A DNA stretch of 64,000 nt from Ruditapes philippinarum (Eukaryota). The notes under the pieces were generated by a model, which saw only the letters and a program-made list of their open reading frames with translations, did no database searches and had not been told where the DNA came from. Where the stretch lies: assembly GCF_026571515.1 (NCBI RefSeq), contig NW_026863189.1, forward strand, positions 1 to 64,000, given 5' to 3'. The first letter of the stretch is position 1, and every line of letters starts with the position of its first letter. Made by a program: the position numbers and the translations under genes. This document shows positions 1-14,400 of this stretch, piece by piece.

Positions 1-2235
1 TTTTCTTTTGTACAAAAATATCTTGAGTTCTTGAGTAAGTTGAAAGAAAAATGAAAATAAGGGCGATGTATCTGCATGTATATCTGTATACAGAATTGAT
101 TGAATAAAGATGTAACATGAAAAATAAAGAGAATAGACAAGACATCATATCAAATATACTCGTAGTCATAATTATTAAACGTCGTCTGATCACTAATCGT
201 TTACCGGAAATGACGAAGCATATAAAATCTAACTGAGCGTTGTAGATTTTATAGCTACTCGTAAATTCAGTCTGATAGAATAATTACTACTTTTAGTAAA
301 ATTGAGCAGGAAGTAACATTTGATAACAAGTAATTGTACAGATATATTTGGGAGAAATATATTGAGGAAAAACTTTTAAGTTATTGGTTGATAATGTAAA
401 TAGGTAATAATTTTGAGTCATTATCATACCTTTCAAATAAATAGTAATGTACAGTACATGTGGTATTTCTAATCACTATTCAGAGTTTAAAAACAATCAG
501 TGTATGCTTTTCTCACCATTTATTCGTTCACAAGTAACGTTGTTATTTTTTACGTTAAATATAAGGTTTCATGGTTACACGATGTATATAAATTGAAAAA
601 AAAGAAAGAAGGGCTGCAATTAAGTATAACGTAAGCTTAATTCTTAAAAAATAGGAAGCAATAATGGCAGTATGTTTTAAGCTGGCACACAGGTCGATTC
701 TATTAGAACAAACAGTCGAAAGAAAATCTTTTCCTGGTTATTTTGCGGAGAAATCATTCTTCTGCCTATATATTAAAACCTATATAAAGCGGGAAGTTTA
801 CTGTATTACTAAGACATTGATTAATATCGGATCGCTACTCACTGAATGATTTTGCCTTATGTATATAGCTGTAGGAGAAAAAAAATAACGGGACGTCGGA
901 CATAAAGCGGACGCTTGAAATATAGGGGGAAATTAGATGCCGAGTAAGTTATTTCTAAAGTTATAAGTTATAAGAAACCCCGTTGCAATAATAGTCTGGC
1001 AGTTCATTATGCAAAGATTTATTTGTTCTTTTTTGCTTTTTTAGACTTCAACCAGATATGAAGTATAAGCTAAGCAATTTCGATCCTAAGTTCAATAATT
1101 TGATTTGCTTCATGGCAGCGTTTCGTTTTAAAAATTTAAGGAGCAAGCGCAATTGATAATTGAAAGAAAACATTGATGACAAAATTTAGACTTGTGAAAA
1201 CATAAAGCTGAAGAATGTGTTATAGAAAGAGGACAGAAATAGAACACTGTAGACCACACAAGAATTATTCATTGCTTGAAATCAAATAGATTAGCAAATT
1301 TGATTAAATCTTTAATAATGCTTATCAAAAACAAGTGTTGTACGAACGTGCAAAAGTAAAATGATATAAACATAAATATTTTAATTCCTAGATTAAGAAA
1401 ATATTTTATTTATATAAACGTATCATTATGCATCTTAGAAGAAATAATACCACTACGTCTTTGATTTTAAAACGTGTTTTTGTGTGGACGTGTTTTAATT
1501 TTAGAGAGAAGGTTCTTTTGCAATGCCAGATTCCAGATTAAATGGGATGTGTCGTTTTAAGAATGTAAAAGGTTTTCCTGAAAAACAGTACTTAATTAAT
1601 TTGTCTCTTATATGACAATAACTTTCATACGAATTGTAAATCATGACAACATTGTATAAATACAATCACTACCTTTTTGACAGTCAAGTTTACGTCGTAC
1701 AAAAGGGTTTTCTGTCTGTATGTCAAATTATAATGTTCATATAATACCGAATAGGATTATAGCTGTGACAATGAAATTAATTTGTCGGAAGACACTGTTC
1801 GCATTATCCTCTTACTTAATTAACTAGCCTACAAATCACTGCAAAATTTGAAAGTTGCTTCCTATGTTATGTCTACAATCTTCTAACTTAGAGAATAGCA
1901 AGTATGCAATAGTAATGGCTCGTTTCTCATAGACAACACATAATTCTAGGATCCAGAACACATTTGTTGGAGGAAACATACTATCGTAATGAGATATAAT
2001 GAGATTGCCCATTCAACGCTTCCTTTCTTGTAGGAATGACTCGTTAACATTAAACATGATGTTGTGATAACATGTTGCTTGACAGTTTTGGAGAAATATG
2101 GAAAAGCAATAATATATATTTTTGAAAACATTTCCAAGATAAATTGCCAAGTTCATGAACTAACATTGCCTGTAGAGTTCTGACAATATTAAAATGTAAT
2201 GAAAATAATTCCAAATGTTTATTTTATTGGCCAAA
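1..2235 (+). repeat. Segmental duplication, paired with 17967-20178
   Basis: Collinear high similarity throughout, e.g. 187-330 versus 18165-18320 and 1935-2230 versus 19880-20174. Confidence 0.92.
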
Positions 2236-3081
2236 CTATTTGGGTGTAAAAAAAAAAAATAATGTATTATCGCTTGTCTAAAGTCAGCACATGTGACGCG
2301 GTGGTAATTGTGTATAATTTATTTTTAAAATAGTGTTAAAGGGGAAGCGTACTCACACAAAGCTAAATTCATTAACGTTGCGCACTGGTATTCAGCGCGG
2401 TGGTTTCGTCGTTCTATTTCTTTTTTCGCTGTTTATCTTCTTTTACGCGAGTGTAAATTCGAAAATACGTCAGTGTGGGTAATAGCGAGGGAAAAATAAA
2501 TTGACAACGATCTAAAATATACTTAAATCATAAACGGTCCCTACGCTGAATTATCAAATGCAAAATAGTATCCCTTTAAATAGAAGGACAGTGTATTTTC
2601 AGCTGAATTCAATACATCATCATTTTCTGTGCTTTTAGAATGGTTCCATATTATGAAGTCTGAAAAAACTACCTCATAATAGGAAATCAACCAGATGAGC
2701 AGTCCATTATTTGTTTACGGAGATAGGAAAATATTATTCGTCGAATGGGCAAAAATGTAAATAACCAATGTTTTTTTTGCAATGAATTGAAAAAAGAAAA
2801 TGGGTACCAAAATGTTTGGCATATGCATGTGAATGTTTTTATATACTTTGCAAACATTTTTTATATTCGCAAAATTAATCGTGTCATTCCGCAGTAAATC
2901 ATGCGACTTTTTCAAACTCGACTGCTTCGCAACCGAATAGTGCAACATTCTAGAGCAAAATATTATTTTCCATAATATAAATGTTCATATTAAATTACTA
3001 AGAACTGGATAAACATTTCTTTTTCTAAGAAATCTTTAAATTTATAAGAATATCTCAATGAACATTTTTATTGTTTGTCAA

Positions 3082-4213
3082 CATTCCTGTCTGCCATGTT
3101 AACACAAATTAGCTTTTTGTTAATACCTTGGAAGTATACTTAAAAGTTATACGTTTTAACACTTTTTTGTAAATGAATTGATCGTTTGTGAATAAACAGG
3201 CGTTTACATGTTTATTTTATGGTGAACTTATTGTACAGACATCGCATTGATTTTCAGAATATTTATTTTCGTTGATATACGAGTAATAATACAAAAATGC
3301 TCTTATTAAAGGAGATGTTTCCTCTTAGCTGGTTTGTGATGCGATAACTGGTTATGTGCAATGGTAGATATTGATCTACGATATTTTTATATTTGGATTA
3401 TAGATTTGAAATATTGTGTGCTGCGCTAAGGTTTTAATGCCATGACTGTAATAAAGCAGTGTGTAATTATCTCCGTTCTTTTGGCGAGAATGGCTGTTCT
3501 TTTTCAGACTATAAGTTTCATTATTCCTGGATGGTTTATAACTGACTTAAGTTATGTCAGTGTTAATATGGCTGTTTGGTATGTGATTTTTTGTAATGAT
3601 GAACAAAATGGGACGTTTGTTGACTCATGTAAATCACTGTCATGTAAGAATTTTTTTCGGGAAGAATGGACACGTTCTGGCTAATTTAGGTAGGTGCATG
3701 TGTTATAAGGTGATAAGAATTGCCATACATATTAATTTCACTACGTCAAACCTAAATTTGTTTATATTCTTTCAAATTTCGAATTCTCTGGATAATAAGG
3801 ACAGCTGTGAGACAATCAGATAATGTAATTAGTGACTGTAATAAGATCATACACAAGAAGGAAATGAATTGTCTTCCTTCTGATTAATTGAAATAATGGA
3901 TGAGACAATTTGAAAGATTGTTGGAGAATTCTATTATGAGCAACTTGTATCTTATCGCTGTGGTAACGGAATGTATGTTTGCAAATCACAACTAAAATGT
4001 TAAAAGTCTTGAAATTGAAAGATTTGATTTGTTGTATATTTATATTTGATTCAATCTACTCAATTACAATGTTGTTCGTATTTAATATTTAAGACGTTTG
4101 TAATGCATGAATAATTAATATATTGTTTAGAATTAGGTCTTTATATTTATACATGACTTTGTAACTTATTGAAGTAAGACTCTCTTTTTATCAGTTGTTG
4201 TTTTCAAGAGATA
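3082..4213 (+). repeat. V1 cassette, duplicate of the V2 cassette (~6121-7304)
   Basis: Near-identical from ctgtctgccatgttaacacaaatt to tcagttgtt..aagagatac; flanked by a perfect 28-bp direct repeat. Confidence 0.9.
3442..3689 (+). pseudogene. Variable first coding exon V1 of the claudin-like gene, frameshifted
   Basis: ATG 3442, MTVIKQCVIISVLLARMAVLFQTISFIIPGW...VNMAVWYVIFC...DSC, paralogous to V3-V5. The homologous end (GKNGHVLANL, G|gtaggt donor at 3690) lies in a different frame: a net 2-nt deletion around the T run at ~3651-3657 gives TAA at 3682-3684. Confidence 0.8.
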
Positions 4214-6480
4214 CTCAATGAACATTTTTATTGTTTGTCAATATTTGAAAAACTTATGGAAAATGTGCCCATTGTAGACGAATTCTTTTCATATTTAAGT
4301 TAGACTTCTTTAGTAACTTATAGATTTAAATGCTAGAAAAAATATTATCTTTTCAAAGCGTAATGTACCAACAGAATGTATTAACATCAAAGACATTTAT
4401 GTTAATCTTGACATTTACAGGCAATTAAGCCTCATTAAAATGATTAGTATGAATTATCGTAAAGATTTCCGAACGGTTTGTTAAAACTTAATTGTTACGG
4501 TAATTTCACAAGAAGTAGGACATTTTATCTTCAAAGATAATTCCCCTTTTATAAAAATGTCTTTATATCTGACTTTCAAGACACGATTCTGAAGTCTCTT
4601 TTGGAGGCCGTTATATCTTTTTAATTTGTATGATACGTTCCAAAATGTCCCTAGCACTTTGTGAAATTTGAACGTTTTGATTGACTTAATGTTTAGTTAA
4701 AAAGCTCAAAATGCCCCCTGTAAAGCTTTTGTTTCTATTTCTCAAATGTTTTTTTTTTATTTATGGTATTATGTTATAGTTTCAAAGATACTCATTGGAC
4801 AATTATCTGAACACTCTTTCTCCACTGTTTCCTTTTGGCATGCAGTTAAGTAATAGTGATTTGATATTTTGAATGGAAGTCAAAATACTAATTTCTTTTC
4901 ACTTTGCTAAATACTTCATAATTGACTTTCAAGAAAAGATTCTCATGTCACGATTATAAGCTACTAGTATTCTTGAATTCGTTTTGAGATAATACTACCC
5001 TTACTATCTTAGACTGAAACAAAAACTTTAAAAAATTATCTTAGAAATTACACATTTTGGAATTCCTTATAACGTCATTATGGTATGAACCATAATTGTG
5101 ATTGAACCGCAATAACGTCTGTGATGAATTGGTTTGGGTCGTTGACTTTGACTTTGATGAACCCCTCGAGAACAAATGAAACAAACAAAAACAGTTGTAA
5201 ATCGAAGCTTTATCGTAAGCTATATTGAATCTGTTTAGAAGAGTAAATAAAAAGTGTAAGATCTTTCTTGCCCTTCAGCGGTATTTAACACTAAAATATA
5301 TTGGAAATAATATAATAATCCTACAAGCAAGATATAACAATACTAAGACTGAGTACGAAGCAACCTTTTACAGCTTTAGCACAGTAAAAACACATGTAAT
5401 TATGAGTATAAAATCTTTAAAAACGGAAATTTCTCGAAAATAGTTATAGTTCAAAAGTGCAAATTTGGTTTTATTGACTCTTTTATGAGAGATAATGAAA
5501 CATCTGTCAACGGCTATTTTATTCTTAACCCTAAAATGTTGGAAGCAATGATGCCGTACATGCAGTCAATGTTGTTGTATTTTACGAGAGATTGTCCGGC
5601 GTTCATTGTTTGTTGGTCCTATTCATGTCCTGTCTGCAAAGACTTCTGCCTTTTTATTCATTTTGTATGTTACACGCCTCTTGTTCGGGGTTCAGTGTCG
5701 GTGACTGGATTTTGCCAAGGCTGTGTTTATTGAATGCCGCCCTTCCTTATTGATCACCCATATTTTAATATACTTTATAGTTTATTGCAAGTGTGTACCT
5801 AGTCACTATAATGATTATTCTTGAAGAGTCGATATAATTAAAGATCTACAATAAACAAATGTGTTTGTGAAGGGGGATATTTTTCTCTATTATGATCAAG
5901 TGAATGTTATAGGTAATAGACAACTTTTTGAATGTATATATGTATATGTATATAAATAATCAAAACAAATAATGAATTACATCGACATTCCTTTCTGCCA
6001 TGTTGTAGGGAGATATTTTTTTCTAATAATCATGTGCAAAATTCTTCCAAGTTATAAATAAAAGACAATACATTGAATGCTCCACAATATACGTAACAAA
6101 TAATGAATTGCATCAAAATTTCTGTCTGCCATGTTAACACAAATTAGCTTTTTGTTAATACCTTGGAAGTATACTTTACAGTTATACGTTTTAACACTTC
6201 TTTGTCAATGAATTGATCGTTTGGGAATAAACAGGCGTTTACAGGTTTATTTCATGGTAGACTTATTGTACAGACATCGCATTGATTTTCAGAATATTTT
6301 CTTTCGTTGATATACGAGTAATAATACAAAAAATGCTCTTATTAAAGGAGATGTTTGAGTAATTTCCTCTTAGCTGGTTTGTGATGCGATGACTGGTTAT
6401 GTGCAATGGAAGATATTGATCTACGATTTTTTAAAATTTAGATTATAGATTTGAAATACTGCGCCTTGGTTTTAAATGCC

Positions 6481-6724
6481 ATGACTGTAATAAAGCAGTG
6501 TGTAATTGTCTCCGTTCTTTAGGTGGGAATGGCTGTTCTTCTTCAGACTATAAATTTCATTATTCCTGGATGGTTTATAACTGACTTACTGTCAGTGTTA
6601 ATATGGCTGTTTGGTATGTGATTTTCTGTAATGATGAACAAAATGGGACGTTTGTTGACTCATGTAAATCAGTGTCATGTACGAATGTTTTTCGGGAAGA
6701 ATGGAGACGTTCTAGCTAATTTAG
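6481..6724 (+). pseudogene. Variable first coding exon V2 of the claudin-like gene, disrupted
   Basis: Near copy of V1 (ATG 6481, donor tta g|gtaggt at 6725) with in-frame TAG at codon 14 (6520-6522), a small deletion after 'actgactta', and the same 3' frameshift as V1. Confidence 0.82.
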
Positions 6725-8115
6725 GTAGGTGCATGTGTTACGTTGATGTAAGGTGATAAGAATTGTCATACATATTAATTTCACTACGTCGAACCTAAAT
6801 TTGTTTATATTCATTCAAATTTCGATTTTTTTTCATTAGCTTTATGTTGATTCAATTCACCAAGCATAGTATTTGTCCCTGAATGATAAAGACAGCTGTG
6901 AGACAATCAGATAATGTAATTAGTGACTGTAATAAGATCATAAACAAGAAGGAAATGAATTGTCTTCCTTCTGATTAATTCAAATAATGGATGAGACAAT
7001 TTGTAATGATTGTTGGAGAATTCTATTATGAGCCAGTTGTATCTTTTCGCTGCGGTAACTGCATGTATGTTTGCAAATCACAACTAAAATGTTGAATGTC
7101 TTGAAATTGAAAGATTTGATTTGTTGTATATTTATATTTGATTAAATCTACTCAATTACTATGTTGTTCGTATTTAATATTTAAGACGTTTGTAATGCAT
7201 GGATAATTAATGTATTGTTTAGAATTAGGTCTTTATATTTATACATGACTTTGTAACTTAATGAAGTAAGACTCTCTTTTTATCAGTTGTTTTTTAAGAG
7301 ATACCCTTAGACTTTTATTTTTTATAGCCATTATTATAAACAATCAGAAAACATTTTCAGTCATATTCATACTATGTTTAATATCGTGTGCTGTGCAGTA
7401 ATAATACAAGATACCATTTAGAAATGCAAACTGATAGTGTAAATACCTTCCTTAAAAAAGATTACTCAACAAAGGATGGCAAGTGGAAAATATATTTCAA
7501 ACAAACTCATTGCATTGTTGTTGTTCTATAAATTATTTAACATCTACTTTTTTCTCTTTTATTGATTCTGCTTTCATAGTTGTTAGTAAACCATTCATTT
7601 CCACAAGCGCGAAATGAGATGGCTTTACGGAACATACACGAAAACGTTGGCGTGGGTGCTGCAGTTATGTTAAGTGAGTTATTTCATCAATGTTAATGAT
7701 GCCACTGAATTAATTGCTGATGCTTAATTAAGTATATTCTGCTGATGCAAGTTGTTGTTGCCAAGTTATTTGGTTTCTTGGTTTTATATATATTTGCATA
7801 GAATGCTTACATTAAAAGAGCTAATATCTAAAGGTAAGAGGTTCACATTAACCTATTTATAACTAAAATTGAAAAAAAATGTTCTGTTTTATTGTAATTC
7901 TAGGACTAATATCTGCAGCAAAACGATTATTCAAAATAATAAACTAATCACAATGAATAATGTACTATTTCGCGTTTTCAAATATAACGGATTAATTTTA
8001 ATGATATATGTGGGTGTTTGAGTATGTTTTGTTTTTCAGAGGGAAATTTGCTTTCAAGTCCACTTTACACCATACTTAACGATTTGCTTCATAAACTATC
8101 TTGTTTGGGGTTTAT

Positions 8116-8256
8116 NNNNNNNNNNNNNNNNNNNNNNNNNNNNNNNNNNNNNNNNNNNNNNNNNNNNNNNNNNNNNNNNNNNNNNNNNNNNNNNNNNNNN
8201 NNNNNNNNNNNNNNNNNNNNNNNNNNNNNNNNNNNNNNNNNNNNNNNNNNNNNNNN
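8116..8256. other. Assembly gap (141 N)
   Basis: Run of N. Confidence 1.
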
Positions 8257-9985
8257 TTTTAACTTTCTTTTGTTAAAGGTGCATTATTTACATTTCAATC
8301 AGAATACCCATCGTGTGAATTTTAATTGGAAATCTAACGGAATTTCAATGCTAGTTTATTTCTTGAACTTTATCGCAATGGTATCTTGTAATCTAGATTG
8401 TCAAATAAATAGTCTGGGTTAGCAGAACGTCAACAATAAAGTGGATGAAATGAAACATAGTCCCGCATGTATAATATTCTTTTAATATTCTGACTACTAA
8501 GATTATGCTGGCGACAGATCGTTTTATTTATAGACATTGATTAATGTTGGACATTACTACTCTGATTTTCCATATATAGTAAGAGAACGAAAATAGCTGT
8601 TCCAAAAAGTCCTTTAAAAGCGGACGCGAGTAATCTTCGTAAAATGACATGCCTGATACTTTATGTCTATAATTATTCAATAAATCATTTCCATAATACA
8701 CTGACCGATATCTGATCATCTTAGTTATTGTGGATAGGAAATTAGCTTTATAATCAGTTCGTTTCCCGAAAAGATCTATTCTCTCCTTATGTTTTGTGTT
8801 TTTTTTTACAAAAAAGGGAATGGAGGACAAAGATAATTAGCATAATTGCATCGGTTTAAAACATAATTCATCACTAGATTATCAAGTTTTGTATGCAAAT
8901 ATTGATATAAAATCAGAAATGAAAAAGTCTAAATTGAACTCTTCAACAAATAAAATTTTACTTAAAACTAAAAAACTGAAAGCATTTCCTATGTCATCCA
9001 TTGATTTGTTAAAATTATAATTACATTATAAAGATGGAATAGTTATGAATTTCAAATTATAATTTTTTCTGTTAAGAAATAGTTTATTTTGAAATTATGT
9101 GCAGTTAAAAAAGATATTTATTTTAACAGATGTTTGAACATGACATCATTATCACATGTAATTACTTACATGCTAGAACTATCATTCTTCTACCGGTTTA
9201 ACATTTCATTTGTCTGAACTTATTTTAAGACATTGTAAATATGCTGTTATCCTGCAGCAAACAAAATAAGAAATCTCGTTTATATCAAATACTGTGTTGA
9301 CTTTGGCTTCTCATTTATAGTTGGATTTTCGCGGAAACTTTAAATAATTCCTAATTGCCACCTTTGTAAGAATTATATGTTTGATTATTTTCAATAAATA
9401 CTCGTACGTAAAAATCTATTTGGTGCTTGAGAGTTTCGTTTTTATATAAAGAGCAAGAAATATAATAATCTGTAGATACTACATAGAGCTATGATTGTTG
9501 CACTGTTGATATGAAAACCTCTTAATACATTGCATTTAGATTCCGATTGGCAGTATTGTGCTTGTACAAACACATTGTTCACACGTAATTAGCTATATTT
9601 GTCAGAATCTTGGTAGTAGATTTTACAATCAAATATAAATCACTTCTTTGTTAATGATTTGTAGATGCGTGTATTAATGGCACACATTAAGTGAATTGTT
9701 CATTGGTGAATTAAACGGTCGTTTACAGTGATGTTGATTTTTTTTTCATAGAGAGCTTATTTTTTCGCTTCGCATCTCATTGATTTTCAGACTGCTATCG
9801 CTGCTTGTAGCCTTCGTTGATATAGTAATACTAGAATAAATAGCTTTTATTTATTAAATATGTTGTTTAGCTTATTTACTGTTATACGATGTGCAGAGTG
9901 CTTTGAGATTATGGTAGGCACTAAGATTTTCGACTTTTGGAATTAGTGTTGACATATCATAGTGAAAGCGCTTCTAATTTATGCC

Positions 9986-10235
9986 ATGACTCTTCTTAAG
10001 CAATGCGTAATATCATCCGTTATTTTAGCGGGAATGGCTGTTTTGTTGCAGACGATTTGTTTTATTATTCCTGGCTGGTTTATAACTGAAACAAAGGTTG
10101 TTAGTGTGAATATGGCTGTATGGTATGTGATTTTCTGTGAAAGTAAACAAAATGGAACTCTCAGTGACTCATGTGGAACAATGTCATATAAGGAATTATT
10201 TTCTGGAATAAATGGAAAGAATTTAGCACAATTAG
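9986..10235 (+). CDS. Variable first coding exon V3 (TM1 + extracellular loop 1) of claudin/PMP22-like tetraspan protein
   Basis: ATG 9986 (gccATG), open 250 nt to caa tta g|gtagtg (phase 1). Hydrophobic TM1, then PGW...AVW...C...C, resembling the claudin W-GLW-C-C signature. Confidence 0.8.
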
Positions 10236-11183
10236 GTAGTGTATGTTTCTTAACTTTAAAAAAGAGTAGACTCTGTGTTTAGAAAAAAAAGGAAATATAA
10301 ATCAGAGCAAAAGTTTGATACACTTTTTTATGAAAAAGTTTTGTTCATTATTATGCTAATGAATGTTGTGAATATTAGTATGTACATCATATTTCCTTTT
10401 TTATTTTTGTTTTAACGCTTTTCTTTCTGTCTTTATTCTTAGGACTTAAGATACATGCAGTATCTAAAGATACTCTTATAACAAAACAATCATTACTGTT
10501 GCAAGACAATTTTCTGATGATAACACTTCACAGATGAAGTTGAAATGAGTTTCCAATAACTTGAAGTTTGTATCAACGTAAACAGTTTGATACAATAATT
10601 TCCGTTATACTTAATTATTCTTTTCTATATCCAAAACACCATAAATAGAGGCATTTTTATGTTTATATGAAATTGTTTCAATATGTGACATATATATAAT
10701 TATTAGACTTTGTATTGATCTTAAAGTTATTTTTATACGGTCACCGTTTAACTGTTTATAATATTTTATGCCCACATAAAAGATTTTATGTAATTGGACC
10801 CTATTTGTGACGTCCGGAACTTAACGATGTTAATCAGATTTTAGCTAAATGCATAAATTATGCTATTACCCAATCAGATGTTTACATTTTAGCATGTGAT
10901 GTTACTAAGCCAATAGATAGGCAGATAAGCCATATCTTTGTTCATTTTGGCGTACATCGTTTTGTTGCCAATTTTCTAAAAGAAAAAATAACGTTTTTCG
11001 TAAGATATTCTTCGAGGAAAAGGTTAAATTACATGTATTATTTTACTTAAGTGAATAAGTTATCATAAGGATCTAAACTTTTAGGACGGCGACCCGTAAT
11101 TCAACCAGGCTTTGAGTTATATTGTGAAACGTTTAGCGAACATTTCGAACAAAGGAAATCCGGCTGGAAATTGGAATACGAAT

Positions 11184-11440
11184 ATGACTTCTGTAACATC
11201 ACAATCGACGGTTCTTAAAGTACAACTGTTTGGTCATTCCTTTGTGAAAAGGTTGCGACACTTTATTCGTCTTAATAACTCTTTTCGATATGATTTAAAA
11301 ATACAAGGCAATCCACTTGTTCAATATTCTGGCTTTCCCGGATCCACGGTTCACAAAATTAGGAACAATCCGGAGGTTGTAAAAGATTTCAGCCCGGATT
11401 TCGTTGTGCTGATCATTGGGACGATTTTCAAAATGTGCAC
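11184..11440 (+). mobile_element. Truncated SGNH/GDSL hydrolase-like ORF fragment, probably retrotransposon-derived
   Basis: LFGHSFVKRL ... SGFPGSTV ... PDFVVLIIGT resembles SGNH blocks I-III (GDS/GHS, G, GxND); it breaks off at block III. Confidence 0.6.
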
Positions 11441-14400
11441 TGTATGAATATTTCTAATGTTAAAGTAACGTCAATTTTTGGGTTAAATTCAATAGAAAGT
11501 CAATTCATTATAAATTTCCTTTACAAACAGTTTATTGATCTAAAAAAGACAGCTGCAAAACAACCATATAATGAAATTAGTGAATGTAATAAAAACATAC
11601 TTAAGAAGGAAATTGTTTTTCTCTCTGATTAATTCCAAGAGTGGACAGGATACTTTGTAGGACCATTGGAGCTATTTGCTATAAGAAAAATTGGAGGAAG
11701 AGTTTCGTTTAACCTATAAAGAAAAAGTGAAGTCATTTATTAAGCACAAATACCTAGCATTTTAATCTCCTGACTTGAAACAGAAGAATAGGATTTTAAT
11801 TCATATTTTACCTTAAGTTAGGAATGACCGCATTTCTTTTCGTTGTTTATTGTCCGAATGGTAATTTTAATGTTTGTTTTTTACTGCCAGATTTGTTGTA
11901 TTTTCATTATTTTTGTTATTGTTGCTGCTGTTTTATAACATTTGCTGTTGTCTTTTCTGTCGTGTTATGTTTGGTTTTAAGTGAAGGTAATATGGTGACT
12001 TTCTATCTGTGCTGAAGAAAAAAGGTACCAATGTTTAATGCTTGAGACATGAACAGGTAACCAGTTGGTACACCGGTCATTGATGCTACAGTGAAAATAA
12101 TTGTTTGATAATAAACGAAATTACGGATATACATGTATCAAAATACATTTCTTTAAAAAGACTTTGACCATAATTATTGTTATTCCTTTGTATATGTATG
12201 CATGTTTGTTGGCAATAACTTTCTGATATATATGATTTCCTACGGATAAAGATGTCATCCATAACTACCTTGTCAGATTAGATTATTGTCTTCTCAAGAA
12301 ATAAAAAAAACTGTTAGGATAGACAACCGTAAGTCAAAAGATATTGTTTTATGTTAACTACAGGATACAACATTGTAAACTTTTACATTGTAATGATGAA
12401 GCTGCATTATTGGTGAAACTATCTTTTGAAGATTAAGACCTTTGCTACGGTAATCAATAACTCTTTAGCGTGTTCAATAGCCTATTGATATTGTTAAAGA
12501 CTAATAATCAATAAACGCATTTGTAACCGTAGCACTGAAGGAAAATGTATTTGGTTAATATTATTCTATTAATTTATTCTATCATTTATATAAAAAGTAC
12601 ACTTGTTAATAAAATCGACATTTATGTTTAAACCACCCCCCCCCCCTTCCCCTTTTTTGAAAAAAATTCCCATTTAAAAATGGAAACCCCTTTTTTTTTG
12701 CCTCAAGCGGGAAAAGGCCCCTTCCCAAAAACCCCCTTCCCAAAATTTTTTTGGGTTGTTCCGGGTTTTTTCCTGGGACCGACAATCAACATCAAGGTCC
12801 TTTTTCCCTTAAACTTCATTTTTAATTTTCTAGAAAAGCCTCTTAATTTCAATAAAAATAAAAATTTAAAAGCGATATAAATCAAACATTTTTTAAAAAA
12901 ATGTTTTTTTGCCTTAGTACAAAATAAGCGATGGTAGATAAAATGCAAACAAATGATAAAAAGATGTATGTGTATGTCAGACGAGAAAACAATTTCCTAA
13001 AAATGTTACACTTCAGGTGTATACACAATACTAGTACTATTGTAACAGAACATGTATTTATCTTCTCATTCTTAACTCTTGACAATACGTGTTCGAGTAC
13101 ACTATTGTTTTAAGAAGTGCTTTATTTTCCACGTACACTTATTGTATATTATTTTCTGCTGATGCATAGTTTGAAATTGGCACTAACTGTTACATTTCAT
13201 CACTGTTTGCGCATACAGTCTAAAACTTAATTTAGTGGCGCAATATTGTTAACATTTTCCTGACGCTGTGTTTGTTGAATTCAAAGTGAAATAAGTCTGT
13301 GAAATGATATGGTATTTCTGTGTACATGCGTTGTTAAAAGGAAGTGTATTGGACAAACAATAATTTCCAAGGTCTACAAAAAACATTGTGAAACTTTAAT
13401 TGTAATGAGCACCAATTTATTGCATTATCTTTGCAAAATCGAGCATAGTCATTCAACCGTTAAGGTTATCAATTTTAATTTAATTCAGTTTTAATCATCA
13501 GAGAAGTTTGTTATTTAATATACAAATATATGAGCAAAATCGAATCTTCACTGTTATGTGCACGATTAGAACATATACGAAAATATCTCTTATCTCTTAT
13601 TAAGAGATATAATATACAAGAGAAAATGTTAATTACAGTACATACAATTGGCCACGAGTATAACAGAGACCAACACAAAGATATACTAAAACTCATACAT
13701 ATTAAGCAATGCATAATAATGAAAAACAATTCAAACACATATATAATTACTTTATACACATTTCAATTCAGTTAAACAAAAATCAAATATTTTCGTAAGT
13801 AATCTAATTGGATTGATTTAACTGCATTTTTTGCATGAATTTAACAATAATTTTACGCTAATTATATAGATTAAAATATTAAACAAACAATTTGATAAAC
13901 ATTAAACATCACTTTTCACCATTATAAATCAACATCAGTCGAGCTTTAAATATTAAGTATTAATAATGTAGTAAAAGTTTTGATAGTTTTACTACTATTG
14001 GTGTATGTTTATATTTAACAACCTATTTTAGGAAAAGTTATCAAATTCATTTAGATTAGAAATTCGTTACGACAACACGTCTCTAAAGATTTTAAAATTG
14101 TAATTCAACTTTGTAGTTATAACATTTTTATTGGCTTTCAAGTTAACACACTTTAATTTTCCTGCACAGTGGTTATCCGTGTCTCAAATGTTTTTGTAGT
14201 AGAATAATACTTCATTTACTGTACTTTAAGTTTTTTTTAATTTTCTTTAATTTTCGTTATTGTCCGTAAATGCCTGGACGTAGACTACAGTAATCAATGG
14301 TATGCAAAAGGTTTTATTCAAAACAATGCTCAGTTTAATAAAGGACTGAGGAATGAATATAGATAAATATATATACTTGTGTAACCTATGTCGGAGGAAA

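Noticed and set aside
7580-7840. Possible extra exon (catag acceptor ~7579, aag|gtaaga donor ~7833) after V2
   Set aside because: The phase matching the V donors hits a stop within 12 codons, and there is no similarity to C1/C2.
8018-8422. ORFs spanning N runs (also 32876-33176)
   Set aside because: Artefacts of assembly gaps.
12630-12950. ORFs 12680-12880 and 12703-12948
   Set aside because: The region follows a poly-C run and is dominated by homopolymers; it looks like low-quality or low-complexity sequence, with no recognisable protein.
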